The position numbers and the translations under genes are program-made. Below are positions 23,492-23,496 of a stretch of DNA of 23,496 bases, one piece after another; within the stretch, counting starts at the first letter, position 1; each line of letters opens with the position of its first letter. The notes beneath the pieces are model-generated. The model saw only the letters and a list, made by a program, of their open reading frames with translations. It was not told the origin of the DNA and searched no databases. The stretch comes from Kofleriaceae bacterium (lineage in GTDB: Bacteria; Myxococcota_A; Polyangia; Haliangiales; Haliangiaceae). The stretch spans positions 1-23,496 of the forward strand of contig JBKJLC010000174.1 of the NCBI GenBank assembly GCA_046597055.1. The letters are read 5' to 3'.

Positions 23492-23496
23492 TTTCC

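Noticed and set aside
23317..23496. CRISPR array, tRNA or retron msDNA interpretation of the terminal repeat
   Set aside because: It is a single inverted repeat with no direct repeat-spacer periodicity or cloverleaf, and no cas or reverse transcriptase gene is in the window.

Overview
Very GC-rich bacterial DNA whose gene content points to a myxobacterium (inference from two eukaryotic-like Ser/Thr kinases, a PEGA domain, a Cys-rich lipoprotein, a PilZ-like protein and sigma54 architecture). The core is a minus-strand ISC iron-sulfur cluster operon (iscS-iscU-iscA-hscB-hscA-fdx). It is headed not by the usual Rrf2-family IscR but by a MerR-family regulator with a C-terminal Cx2Cx8Cx2C-GHHGH motif. 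Upstream lies an 18-bp SoxR-box-like palindrome inside a 19-bp-spacer promoter, plus a second degenerate box beside a 17-bp-spacer promoter. Further upstream on the same strand are an RNase Y homologue with a degenerate KH loop, a Ser/Thr kinase-PEGA protein and a rhodanese-MoeB (MoeZ-like) fusion. Other genes: a membrane Ser/Thr kinase, extended SspB, a thioesterase, a lipoprotein with a putative sigma54 promoter, a Cys-rich lipoprotein, a degenerate PilZ protein, a second A-type carrier (ErpA-like), a GlcD-like FAD oxidase, a globin-like/PAS hybrid histidine kinase with a single-domain response regulator, and a lipoprotein class D beta-lactamase. The window ends in a 168-bp near-perfect palindrome. 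All calls rest on motif recognition by eye; no database searches were run.
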